A stretch of 63,860 nucleotides of DNA, filler included, from Octopus bimaculoides (GCF_001194135.2; 8 parts of 7 records of this genome joined end to end with filler, not necessarily neighbours in it), one strand, 5' to 3'; shown: positions 49,507 to 62,718, numbered from the whole stretch's first letter. Notes: a model not told the origin generated them from the sequence alone. Numbers and translations are program-made.

Positions 49507-50545
49507 ATTATTTTGTTGCATTTCTCTCAACCAAACTGAAAATTGAAGATTTTAAACTATGTTATTCAATGTTATTTAACACTCACTCGTTATTAACAAT
49601 TTACTCGTTGATTAGATGGGCATAATTTTGTCATAATCGACATTCTTTTAAAAGTCATTAGTTTTCATTAGCAACATGTTGTCAACAACCTCCAGTCCGC
49701 CTTGCTGTGGTTATTTGATATGTGAGAAAGTGGCATCACACAGTCGTTAGAAGACCTGGTGATATATCTTAGGATATTTTACCCGATGGGTTTCAGCTTA
49801 AATAATCCGAGAAAGAATTTCCAGGCGATAAATAAAGGGATAAAGAAAGGGAGGAAGAAAGAAAGAAAGAAAGGAAGATAGAAAGGGAGGGAGGGAGGAA
49901 GGGAGAAAAAAGAAAGGTATTTATACGAGAAGGAAACCACTGTCAGAGAAAATGGGTTTAGTTCGAAATAGTTAATAACGGAAAGGGCGGCCAAGAGAGA
50001 TTCGAGAAAGAAATTGATGGGAAAACGAAAGACAGTCACACAACAGGCGCATGCATTTCCGATCACTCATCAATTGTCGTTAAAATATCATGAGTTTCGA
50101 TACCACCATCACCACCACACAGATACGTGTATTCTCATATGTCGTTTAATTAATAGAAGTGTTAAAAGTACAAAAATACGCCTAGATAATACAAACACGC
50201 TATACACCAGTTATAAAGTGCACTATGAAGAAATGAATTAATCCACGCAGTTGGCGACTGCCCTGTTAAGCAAATTAGCCTGACCTTGTTCACGTGAGTT
50301 GTAGCTTGTTTACTCTATAAATAAATATGACCTACCAATCTCTCTTACCAGAAGACTGATATTTTCTCTCTGATGACATCAAAGCAGATCAATATCAGTT
50401 TTGTTTTGTTCTTTTTGATTTGTTTTACTGAAAAACAGGAAGACTCTTGTGTGACCAGTTTGTTTACTAATCGCAGCAAAGCTGAGATTATATGAATGTG
50501 TGTGTGTCTTTGTTGATGTGTATATATATATATATTCTTTTACTC

Positions 50546-50743
50546 TTTTACTTGTTTCAGCAATTTGACTGTAGTCATGCTGGAGCACCACCTTTAGTCG
50601 AACGAATCAACTCCAGGACATATTCTTTGTAAGCCTAGTACTTATTCTATCGTTATCTTGTGCCAAACCGCTAAGTTACAGGAAATTAAACACACCAACA
50701 TCGATTGTCAAGCGACGGGTGGGGGACAAACACTGACACACAA

Positions 50744-50799
<56 letters not shown>

Positions 50800-50934
50800 G
50801 GCGAGCTTCTTTCAGTTTCCGTCTGCCGAATCTACTCACAACGCTTTGGTCGGTTTCGAGGTTATAGTAGAAGACACTTGCAGAAGGTGCACATGGAACC
50901 ATGTGTTTAGGAAGCACGCTTCTTACCTGCGCCT
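50546..50934 (-). mobile_element. Near-complete SINE family B with internal (TA)n
   Basis: Head, internal microsatellite (50745-50797), 3' half and tail GGTGCTCCAGCATGACTACAGTC...GAAACAAGTAAAAG are all present. Confidence 0.9.
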
Positions 50935-51861
50935 AAATATATTGTTCATATTTCTCTTATTTGTGTTAGTCATTAGACTGCAGCCATGGTACATGCATGA
51001 TGGAGATAGGAAAAGAGAAGGGATAAAACCAGTAGATTAGAGATAAATAGAATATGGGAAGACGTACCGACAATGACTACGGGAAACAGTTGTAAGCCTA
51101 ATTTGAGCCTATTTTCATAAAAATATATTAAAAATATGTAAATATATATGTATATATATGTATACACACGTACGTACATGTATAGATGCATACAAGCATG
51201 TATGTATGTATGTATGTATGTATGTATGTATGTATGAATGGATGTATGTATGTATGAATGTGTGTGTGTGCGTGTGTGTGTATGTGTGTGTGTGTGCGTG
51301 TGTGTGTGTGTTTGTGTGTGTGTGAAGTATAAGGAAAGGAAAAATTGTAAGTGTAGACGAACTTTAATTCGTAATCCAAGTTGCTACAGAAGCATTATAC
51401 ATTCTACAAATTGTTTCGGAGTCTAATTAATTCTAAAGACATAAACGAAAAACTCTTCATGAGATAAAAATTAGATTCCTCGTCAGGAATTACATACTGG
51501 TATGAATAATTACGATAAAAAAAATATACAAAGACCTATCTTTGCCCAGACAGGAACAAACAAATAAAAGATAACAAGAACGTCAGATATTGAAATATAA
51601 ATAAATTTAATGAAACAAAAATTAACCCCAAAACTAATAGGGTTATCTAATCGAAAATTAAAAATTAATAACTGCAAACCGATATATCATGCACTAAAAA
51701 GTAATAAATGTCCTAATTTAAACTTAATAATATGGTTATATCAAACGAAAATAAAAAGAAAAAGAAAAAGAAAATGTATATATATATATAAATATATATA
51801 TGCATCTATTTATGTATATATATTTGTACACACAAATTTATTTATTTATTTATTTATTTAT

Positions 51862-52089
51862 GTGTTTCAGCCAAGTGGCTGCGGTCATGCTGGTGCACCA
51901 CCGTAATTTTCACGTTCCTCGCATGGCTCTTCTCCCCCTCCTGACATGGTCCAATCAAGAGTTTTGATGGCACATCTGGTGTATAGAGAGAATTTGACAT
52001 AGCTGCCCTAAACTGCGTCTCATTACGAGCCATTGGTTCGTCTGGTACCGTGGAGAGGAAAGTGTCAAGTTTTGTCTTGAAGACCTCCG
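51862..52089 (-). mobile_element. 3' end of a CR1-clade LINE
   Basis: Peptide VFKTKLDTFLSTVPDEP (parallels 15100-15150); tail GGTGGTGCACCAGCATGACCGCAGCC, then (TAAA)n. Confidence 0.85.
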
Positions 52090-53029
52090 NNNNNNNNNNN
52101 NNNNNNNNNNNNNNNNNNNNNNNNNNNNNNNNNTTAATTAATTAANNNNNNNNNNNNNNNNNNNNNNNNNNNNNNNNNNNNNNNNNNNNAAGGATATAGC
52201 TGACGAAAGTTAAAAAGCCGGATAAATTTCGTGTGGTCCAAGAATTCTACATTTTATCCCCGTCTTCCCAATTTATTTTTCTCCACAACACTAATCACTA
52301 AATCAAATAAGTTATAATAAGACATAATTGGTTACTAAATCATATATATATATATATATATACATATAATAATTATATATATATATATATATATATATAA
52401 TTATTATAACAAATACTACACAGTATTATATATATTATTCTATTTGACATTAATACCATAATATATATTATATTGTTGCATATTGTTATTAATAAACCTA
52501 TTAATAAATATTCTATGAAAATGGAACGATAAATCGACCGTCTATGTGTCTGCTGATTTATCTTTCTGTTTGCTGAATGCTATGCAGGTTCATATCCCTG
52601 TATATCTATCATTTTATCTATCTGTCTGTCTGTCTGCCTTTCTAGTCGTCTTTGAACCTATAGAGAGATCGATAAACAGACAGGCAGATTTGATAGTTAA
52701 GTATATTAAGTAGTCAGGAATTGGTGTATACCAAGTGATACCGCTAACGGGACACGATGGAAGCACAGCTACTTACAACTGAGATATTGTGAGGAACCAG
52801 TTACGCTGCTAATAAGTATGAACACTTTTGAAAGACTAAAAAAACAGAGAATACCTTAATAAACAGCCGAGAATAAAATTTTGGGACATCTCTGAAAAAC
52901 AAACTGAATAACTCAACTGTAAACTAGCGAGGACCAGTGAACAACATGGAATCTGTGAACAATTAAAGAAACGCTATTTTCGATCGCAGGAACAAAAGAG
53001 GAAAAGAATGAAGGAGAATGTCATAGGGA

Positions 53030-53170
53030 GAAAGAGAGAGGGAAAGAGGGGAAATATAGGAGTAAGAGGGAAAGCTAGGGGGTAAGAGGGAAAGAGAGAG
53101 GGTAAGAGGGAAATAGAGGGGTAAGAGGGAAAGACAGAAATTATGAGAGTAAGAGGGAAAGAGAGAGTAA
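53030..53170. repeat. ~20-bp purine-rich minisatellite (AAGAGGGAAA...GT)
   Basis: About six degenerate units seen by eye. Confidence 0.75.
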
Positions 53171-56015
53171 AAGAGAAAAAGTGATGGAAGGCAGGAGAAT
53201 CTAGAAAAATTGAAGGTTGTTACTTATCAGTTTAGGTAATTAGGTACAAACGTAAGAGAATGTTAGAAAAAAGGGATGTAAATATGATATGTATCAATGT
53301 GAAGCTGGTTGGTGATATGGCTGCACTCTTTTACGTTAAACACATCAGGCGGGGGGAAAATGATGATGGCTAATCCGTTAGTGTAATCATAGAGGCATAA
53401 TCAACATGTGTGTGTGTGTGTGTGTTCATGTATGCATACGTCTATCCAAAAAGCGAAGGGAAGAGATATTGATGGAGCGATGGATAGATAGATCGATAGA
53501 TATAGCTAGCTAGATGGATAGATAGGGTGGAAGAAAGAAACAACTCAAATCCCGAAAACTGGAAGACAGTTACGCGATAAAGCAAGTTTCTAACAAAGCA
53601 ACTACGATAATGATATGTGGGAAGAAGAACTTGATACTCTCTTTTGTCTATGCGGAATAATGTTTGAATCGCAATTTGAGTAAACTGCGGGAAAAGTAGT
53701 TTCAAAGCTGACGACATAACACATTATGTAAATCAATCCAGTCACGTGTCAATATGAACCATTTGAAGATAACTTTCACTTTCATGGTAAATAACACGAT
53801 GGAAAATGTGGGCAAGTAAATAAAAAAGCTGGTGAAACAGCATTTTCAATGAACTTTATTGAAATTATTAAAGTGAGCAGCAGTAATATTTGAAAATACT
53901 GTTTATAATGAATCTGAAGCAATTCATATAAAATGTTTTTTAAGCTCTGAGAAACAAATAAATAAAACGAAACTCTTCTGTACATAGAAATGCTTGGCGG
54001 TTACGATAAATAAGATGTTGAGATTAAAAGAATCAACAGACAGAAACATTAACTTGTTAAATACTGGAAGTATTTGAAATTTGAATATTCATCTCCTGTA
54101 TCGATCTCAACAATGACATCATTACAAATGTAATTTATCCCTCACCAAAAAAAAAGAACAACAACAAATGAGAAGAGCTAAAACATTAGCAATAATTCTG
54201 ATTCAAAATTTGATTTTCAAATCTGTAGAAACGTTAGAAAATTAGTTAAATATTCCAGGAAATAAGTCGATCAGATTTTTCTGTTCATTTTGACCCCGTC
54301 TACACACCGTTTTCCCCCAACTGCGCACTGATTTTGTGTTTTTTTTCTCTCTCAATTTTCTTTTTGTGTAAAAATATCTTCAAGCATTTGTATTGTATTA
54401 AAAATCGATTTCCATTCTGCATTCTCTTTTTTTCTTCTCCTTTTTGTGTTTCTCTCCTCTCTCTCAGAGTGTCTTGTCCATCTCTTGTACAAATTCCGAC
54501 TTTCAAAATAACATTGTCGGTTTTTTTTTCTACCGTAGAACCAGAAGTAAACTTTCATTCTCAGATAAAACCAATGTTATATCATTATATCAATAATAAC
54601 ACCGAGAAAAACCTCAATATGATACAATCTCATCTTTTCTGAATATATTTTTACAAAAATCAATTTATGTATCAACAAAGCTTAACTTGTAGCAGCCTGC
54701 ATTCGCACATCACAACAGTATCTTTTCATAACCTGACGTTTCCGAAAAGGGTCGGTCATCATGAGAAGTGCTTTCTATGCGGGAATTCTTTTCTTCATGA
54801 CGAGCCAATAATCTTCGAAGTTTTGTCTTTCGCTTCAATCAATGATAATCGTAATTAAATTCCTTCTATTCAGTTCATTATTTCTATACGTCAACAACTG
54901 TGAAGTAGATGTTAAATTCACAGTAGACCAAATCTTTCAGATCTCATTTCGATTTCTGTTTAGCGTTAATTGACTTTATAATTTCCTACTGGTACTCTTG
55001 GAAAATTATGAGGCATCTCAGGTTGCCAATTCTTGTGTCCCTGTAAATTTGAGGGGTTCATGTTGCATTATGTTTACGGTTATAAAGAATCGCCAATAGC
55101 CAAACACTCTTATGGAATTGCATCTCACATATGCATTACAGAATTTTATTTAGCGCTTTTAAACCAATATCAGTGATGCGAAGGAAGCTAGTATTATTAA
55201 CGCAGACAAAATTAATTAGCTAATTAGAAATACGTCGTGAGAAAACATTGCGTACATTGAACCAATGTTATATAAGGTCGTATGCAAAAATATAGGCAGA
55301 TAGAACGATGGATAATTCAATAAATAGCTCGATAAATGATCACTTATATATGGAATAACAGATAGATAGTCAACCATAACTGAATGAATATCATGTCAAC
55401 GATTTCAACCAGCAAGAGAAACAACTTCAGACATGTATGTGTCTTATAAGGATTTCTTCGGTGAAACATATAGCCGTACTTGCTGAAGTAGGGAGAGAAA
55501 ACAAAGTATGTGTAGAATATCGTACAAGGGTTGGCAGGAAAATCAGTGGAATTACTATGAGTAACATTTATTTTAGTAAATTAATTAATTAACGCTTATA
55601 GCAAATAACATAATCACCAGGTTAAACCGAGATGATTCTGACTACGCTAAAATCTGTTTATATATGAGCGTTTGTGTCTTTGATATATATATGAACAGAT
55701 ACATCACATACGCTATTTGTTCTCTTATATAAATGTATGTATGTGTGCGTATTATACATGCATATGCACACGCAAGTGTGTGTATGTTTGTATAAATGTA
55801 AATATGTATCTATAAACTGCTTGAAATAAATACTTTCATATCTCAAAAAAGTGTCAATAACCAAACGTTCGATTCTCATCTTCCCTACAGCAAGCACGTA
55901 CCCACACTCATCTACATTTTACCACCATTTTCTATTTGAAACTTCCCTTTCTATCCTCGTCTCTCTCCATTACTTTCTTCGTACACACACTCCTAGTTAA
56001 TTAATCATCAACATC

Positions 56016-56017
<2 letters not shown>

Positions 56018-56083
<66 letters not shown>

Positions 56084-56563
56084 GCAAATTGTTTCACTTT
56101 TCAAGTGTATGTTCGCTTGGACCAATCCTTGTATTTTAATCTGATTTCAAATGCACTACAGATCGAATTTATAATAACGTTCAGTTGTATGTGTATGGGC
56201 GCATACATGTACGTATATATTATATATGCAAGTATAAGTATGTCTGCGTGTATGCGAGTGACCGTACCTGTATGAGTGTCTATGTATATCTATGTCAGTA
56301 TTTTATGTGTAGAATGTATAGATGTGTGCAATATGTGTGTATGCATCTGTGTACGCACTCAAACATACATATTATATATATAAATATATACATCATATAT
56401 ATATTATATATATATATATACATTACTCACATATATTTATATATATATATATATATATCATATTTTTATATTATATATATATTTATATTATATATCATAT
56501 TTTTATATTATATATATATTTATATTATATATCATATTTTTATATTATATATATATTTATATT
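56018..56563. repeat. (AT)n tract and AT-rich degenerate minisatellite
   Basis: (AT)n at 56018-56080; TATATTATATATCATATTTT-like units at 56370-56563. Confidence 0.85.
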
Positions 56564-56663
56564 NNNNNNNNNNNNNNNNNNNNNNNNNNNNNNNNNNNNN
56601 NNNNNNNTTAATTAATTAANNNNNNNNNNNNNNNNNNNNNNNNNNNNNNNNNNNNNNNNNNNN

Positions 56664-56699
<36 letters not shown>

Positions 56700-57152
56700 G
56701 CACGCACACACATGTAGATGCTTGCATATGCACATACATATTTATATATACATATATACAGTTCTTCTGGGATGCCATTCTCATTACACTATTTTATAAC
56801 AACAAATATATTCTGTACATATTTTGTACATATTCTTGCCCAATGGCATTAAATTCTCTTTTTGTATACAAAGGTAGCGCATTATTTATTTCTATTTTAG
56901 ATATCACTATGGTTTTATTTGTTTTAATATTATTTCAGTATACAAAACATACACTGAGTCTTTTGTCTTTTACTTGTGTATTTTAGTATTATGTTCTTGT
57001 GTGGATTGTGTGGCTTACCGACTTCACCGCGTTACTAAACAAATAGCAGGGCGGTAATGTACAAGCACTCTCAATACCTTTACAGGTTGCACCACGCTTT
57101 GTGTTTCTTTATATTGCTCTTACATGAGTATGATGTTAATGATAAATTTGCT

Positions 57153-57156
<4 letters not shown>

Positions 57157-57216
<60 letters not shown>

Positions 57217-57236
57217 CGTGTATGTGTGTATGTGTG

Positions 57237-57276
<40 letters not shown>
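57157..57276. repeat. (TA)n(TG)n microsatellite
   Basis: Direct inspection. Confidence 0.95.
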
Positions 57277-57278
<2 letters not shown>

Positions 57279-60200
57279 AACAAATGCTACCGAATATTCG
57301 TTTAATCAGCCGTTAAAAAAACTACTATTACCATTAGATTCACTGAACATAATATTATGATATGTGTGCACAAGTAAATGTTATATAATTCAATGGATAT
57401 TGATCATATCATACGCCTCACTATTTTCAAAGTAAATAGGTTTTGTTATATATTCTTATCTACGAGAATTCCTGCTCATTGATTTTGAAGTCCATTAAGA
57501 AGTATTTTTCTTTCATATTTTCACATTATTGTACACCGGTATAAAAATTATTAAATATTGATTGTAATATCAATAATATATTTTGGCTTCGTATTCGTGG
57601 AGAACTAATATTAAATGACGATCGACAAGACGATATTAATGCAATACGGTGTGCATTTATCACGTTATAACCCCTATTTGTGACATCAGATACAATAATT
57701 TGGACAAAGATACAGTAAAGATAAGACGAAATATTGCACACAAATCAGTTTATTTCAATGTAAGAAATAGTTTCTGTGACCGAAGCTTTTCAACAATTAA
57801 ATCTGAATCTTTAAAATACAACGTGCAAATTTTAAGAGAAGCCAATTCACGAGAGAACAAAATAAAAAATATAATTACTATATTTTCTAGATCATGGAGC
57901 AGTGATTCGTTTTCTATATTTTTTTGAAGAAACACTTCATATCACATTCTTATTACACGTGAAATAAAACTTCATTGTGCATTCGCAAAATCATTTTTCG
58001 AAATCACTGAGACCCCCCCCCCATCATAACATTACCTAAGAGATATTCAGGAAATTACATAAAACTTTTGAATGCAGAGTGTCAAATTCCGGTCTGTAAT
58101 AATTGTCAAAAACACTGTAATCTTGTGACAATATAAACCACGATTACTGGATCACACGTCATCGCCTCTAATGATTGTGGATGGATCAGCATTGTACGTT
58201 TTGAAAAATTCAAATATTTTGTGTGCGCTGTTCTTGAGAAGTGGTAAGACCCAGAACTGGATCACTGCATATAGTTTACTACACTTTCTTACAAGGGATA
58301 ATATAGCATAAAACTAACTACAAAATGCCGAGTTCACCGAGCAGCATTACTATTCAATCTGTTGCAAGCTGCAGAGGCCTACACATATTTTCGGAATATC
58401 TAATAGTTAAATCTCCTCACTATATTAAATATATTATCCTCTTCTCGTACTACAGATCATATTCCATTACCAGTGACTCCATTCATCAATGCCATTGAGA
58501 CCCATATGAGGCTTCTTGCAGTTGGACAAAGCAAGATCTCTATATACTTAACTTAACATTGCAATATGAAGCAACACTAAGAAATGTATGCAGCTTTATT
58601 GTCTCTAGATCGAAATGATGTTATACTGTTGTTGTTGTTGTTGCTTTTGTTTAACCACACGATCAATCTATAGTACAACTGGCCGACTGTACGTCCAAAC
58701 CATTTCTTTTATACTTAAACTAAATAAAATATTGTATCTTTTATTTTATAAGACATTAGGAAGTAATTTATTGTATAGTTGTCTTATATTCCTTACAATT
58801 AAACGACAGAGCAGAATTCTTGTAAGCTATTTGCCAGTTACATCTTGCAAAAGTCACGATATATACTTTAAAAACAACTGATTTCGTATTTCAGTTGCAT
58901 GCGCCCGCCTTCGTCGGTTTCAAAGTTGCGTTTTGAATTTATACATCGCATTTGCTTAACCTTATAATATAGTCATATTTTCTTAAATACTATTTCATTA
59001 CTAAAAATATTTAAATAGAAACCTCGAAGATATAAGGTTTAGTGAATGTAAAAAAATTCCCAGGAAAAGATATTAGAGTGTAGCTTGTTCTGTTATTTCT
59101 GTTTTTTTATTAAATCTCAATAGCATACTTTATTTTCACAAACAACACTTTTCATGTTTCCTTTTCTATCGAACTAACAATACCAACTTTCTTATTCTCA
59201 TTATAGCCACTCGTAATTAGTCGGATTCGTGCTTAGTCAAGCAAGAATTATTTTAACCTTTAAGGCCAGATTAAACACTATGTTCGCCCAGTAAGATTGT
59301 GATCAAACAGCGTCCAATGTCTATAGAATATAACAACCTGGATTCATATTAATTCGTTCTCTTCGTTTGCCTATTTTTTATATTTTTCTTTCTTTTTAAA
59401 ATGAATTGCATTGTCACATGACAAAAATGTACAAAATATTGAACCGTGGAACATACCTTATTCCTTATATTGCAGATAGATATTAAAGACACAATCCGTT
59501 AGATTTTAATCTAAAAGGACTTAATGTATTAAAACATTGGTATCCAATTTATTTCAGTTATATACAACCGATGTAATAATGTTTATCAGTAAATCTTTGC
59601 AACTAAACTTTCTTGTGTTGAAATGCTCTAATGAATTGGATAGAACAACATTTTACATGTACACAGCAATATCATTAGATAGCAACGTATAGACAGGGGA
59701 TATACTATGAGATCTGTTATCAGTTTTGATATCTAATAACGTGTTTGCAAACTTAAATCTTCTTCGAGAATATATAGCTTAAGATATTATATAATCACCA
59801 TTATTTTTTCTCTCTAATGGCGAACAACGAAAGATTCATGAATATCATACTTTTTCATTGCTTAGCAACTACTAATCAATTATTACGTATCTCTTCATGT
59901 TATGCTTCTCTGTGTAATATCTCATATTAGAAATTTTGTATCATTCACCTTTCAAATTTGTAGGAGATATTTACTTATTTATAGGTTTACAAGAAGTAAA
60001 CCCTCTGTTTAGTAAAACATTATGTAATGGTTTTTCTTTACATTTCTCCAATTTATAAATTTTTACCAGATTATTTCTTCTCTATATGCCTCCAGCATTA
60101 TGACTATCACTTACAGAATCTACACTAAAACCCATGCCTCAGTTTATTAACGGTTTGCTGAAGGCTGGAATGCCTTTGAGGATAGGTTTGCCGTATCAGG

Positions 60201-60557
60201 GTGTATTTGAGGCTAAATACAATATTAAGGTATATTTCACTAAAAAAAAAAAATTGGATTTTTTTGCGTGGAATCAGCTAACCTGACCTCCTAATATGCT
60301 TCAAATTCCTTATTTTGGTTCAGAAAGAAAAATGGGGGTGGGGCGAGGAGAGCCCCCCCCCCCCCGATCTCGGAAACATTGGAAATCTTTGTTTTTCTTG
60401 AATGAATTCTTGTAACCTCCTAATATGCTTCAAATTCCTTATTTTGGTTCAGAAAGNNNNNNNNNNNNNNNNNNNNNNNNNNNNNNNNNNNNNNNNNNNN
60501 TTAATTAATTAANNNNNNNNNNNNNNNNNNNNNNNNNNNNNNNNNNNNNNNNNNNNT

Positions 60558-60840
60558 ACCTCCCCCTATCTAGAACTCTTCTTTCTCAGACTGGAACGAA
60601 CACGACACAATGAAGTAGAGAAATTTGAAAAGACAACACGAAACCGGTTATTTCTCAAAATACAATGTTTATATACCAAAAAGATTTTCTAACATTTTTC
60701 TAACATTTTTCTTACATTTTTCTGACATAATTTAAATATATACTTTAACCATGTAACACAAGCCTTCTGTAGTTTTTTCACTCTTATTATCTTTTATACA
60801 TCCAACCACGTGCTTTCACATACCAACTTTCTCACCTATA
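60558..60840 (+). mobile_element. Possible Penelope-type terminal repeat with a hammerhead relic
   Basis: GAGAAAT-TTGAAAA-GACAACAC-GAAA-CCGG-TT-ATTTCTC at 60618-60656; four 12-bp TTTTCTAACATT repeats; 60742-60824 recurs inverted at 62297-62379. Confidence 0.4.
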
Positions 60841-61079
60841 TATATACTTTAAGGTAGCTCCTGTAGAAGACTCTTCATTGGGCCTTGGGCCCAACAATGT
60901 ACTTCATGCATTGAGTACATATAAAATTTTATTAAACTTGACCAATATTTTTCAAGCAATGAATAATTTTCATCAAAGCAACGATATAGTATGTCGACTT
61001 GGAACTTATTGCAAAGCTGCATGATAAACAAAAGTTTTTGTCTTCCCATTCCGGAGTAGTACATTTTTGCTGTCTAACC

Positions 61080-61081
<2 letters not shown>

Positions 61082-61142
<61 letters not shown>

Positions 61143-61148
61143 CTCTTT
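61082..61148. repeat. (TTTC)n microsatellite
   Basis: Direct inspection. Confidence 0.95.
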
Positions 61149-61531
61149 CTCACTCTGTCTTCGCCACCGCTCTCACCGTCTGTATGCCTACTATTACTTA
61201 CACCCTAGCACGAGGAATTGTCATTGAGTAGTGAGAGAGGGGATCTAAGTGTGATACACTGGACACACAGAAATTAGTTTTCGCATTTATTATATATTTA
61301 TGTGCATGTATGTATATATATAAATTATGAGTTAGAGGTTATGTAACTGTCTAATGGATAAATGTATTCGTAGGCACTACTGGTGCATCACCTAACTATG
61401 TATAGTCCTTGCTGTAAGGTAAACAGTAGTTGGTAATTTAAATGGTAAACTGTGGTTTAATATATTCAGATAAGATAAGTAATGGAGCAACATGTAACAG
61501 TTAGAAGTTGATCATTAGTATTGAATGATAA

Positions 61532-61613
61532 TATTTACAGCTGTTTCTCTGTTTGTTATTTTTCAGGTAAACTTGCGTTTACCTCGTTGCATGTAACAAA
61601 TATCATCAGAATG
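61532..61613 (-). ncRNA. Long-stem-II type I hammerhead-like motif (left arm)
   Basis: CAUU-CUGAUGA-UAUUUGUUA...GAGGUAAAC-GCAA-GUUUACCUG...UAACAAAC-AGA-GAAA-CAGCUG-UA-AAUA. Confidence 0.55.
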
Positions 61614-61828
61614 ATTTGAACTTTACCAGAGTAATATTGACAGGAGATCGAATGTTGACAGGAGAAAAAAGAAAGGAAAAAAGGAAAAAAGAAACGGTTC
61701 ATTAGGTCTTAAGGGTTACATTCTTGTGTCCTTAAAAGATGCTACATGCTTCAAGTAGATGAACCTTTTCCTTTTTCCCTTTTTCCTTTTTTCTCCTGTC
61801 GACTTCGATCTCCTGCCAAAGTTCAAAT

Positions 61829-61908
61829 CATTCTGATGATGTTTGTTACATAGAACGAGGTAAACGCAAGTTTACCTCAAACATAACAAACTGAAACAAC
61901 TATAAATG
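61829..61908 (+). ncRNA. Long-stem-II type I hammerhead-like motif (right arm)
   Basis: CAUU-CUGAUGA-U-GUUUGUUA...GAGGUAAAC-GCAA-GUUUACCUC...UAACAAAC-U-GAAA-CAACUA-UA-AAUG. Confidence 0.55.
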
Positions 61909-62379
61909 TTATCTTAACCATAATTACAGTATGGTCATTCAGTACTAAGGATTAACTTTTAATTGTCCTTCTCTTATCTTTTATATATATAAATCCCAAT
62001 TTTTTTTTTTGGGGGGGGGTGTATTTATGGGAACAACTGTCTTCGAAGACTCATATTGTCGTTCAATACTCCAAATGAGGAGTAGATTGACAGCCGACAA
62101 CTAATGAATGGTCATTTTTTGTGTTACTTGTCCTGTTTTCTATTTTTCCTCTCGTTGTTTGCGTATTTAACTCATTTATTTTCGTATTTTACGTTGTTTA
62201 CTGTTGGTGACATCATGTAACAAAATATGCATATATATATATATATATATAGGTGTGTGTATATGTGATATATATATATATATATATATACATATAGGTA
62301 TGTGAAAGCACGTGGTTGGATGTATAAAAGATAATAAGAGTGAAAAAACTACAGAAGACTTGTCTTACATGGTTAAAGT

Positions 62380-62718
62380 CACCCAAAACTAAACAGGGAA
62401 CAAACTTACAGACAACGCATTTATGAAATAGATTGCACCAAACCTAAAGATCACTCATACACCAGGAACAGAACACACCAACAACGTCCCAATACCAGGC
62501 ATAACCACCCCATAACAACCCAAAACAACACTAGGATAGGAAACACACCACATGCTAGTCACTACTACCCTATGACCCAAAATTACTGGCCCCCACCGAA
62601 CTCAAGAACAACACAAAATAACACCAGATCAAGAAACATCCCACATACTAGAGTTACACACATCACTAACCAAAACACCCATAGACACTCACACACATAT
62701 AACAATCTAAGGGAACAA
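62380..62718 (+). mobile_element. Possible Penelope-like ORF fragment (RT-endonuclease linker)
   Basis: Peptide HMLVTLPYDPKL resembles the Penelope 'PLVTTYHP.L' linker; AC-rich and broken by stops. Confidence 0.3.

Larger units (their letters stand above)
61495..61968. repeat. ~470-bp imperfect palindrome (~200-bp arms, ~65-bp spacer)
   Basis: The arms align as reverse complements from ACAGTTAGAAGTTGATC... to ...GATTAACTTTTAATTGT; the right arm has a ~22-bp insertion and the left arm a ~14-bp one. Confidence 0.9.

Noticed and set aside
57640-57830. CDRSFSTIK, resembling the hAT dimerisation motif ERSFS
   Set aside because: It is a single short motif in AT-rich sequence, too weak to call.
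58070-58140. Cys-rich ECQIPVCNNCQKHCNLVT, resembling a laminin-EGF/MEGF repeat
   Set aside because: The frame stops immediately afterwards, there is no donor site and the Cys pattern is incomplete.
60286-60456. 42-bp direct repeat ACCTCCTAATATGCTTCAAATTCCTTATTTTGGTTCAGAAAG, superficially like a CRISPR repeat-spacer-repeat
   Set aside because: There are only two copies, it abuts a gap, the context is eukaryotic and there are no cas genes. It is more likely a transposon subterminal or satellite repeat.
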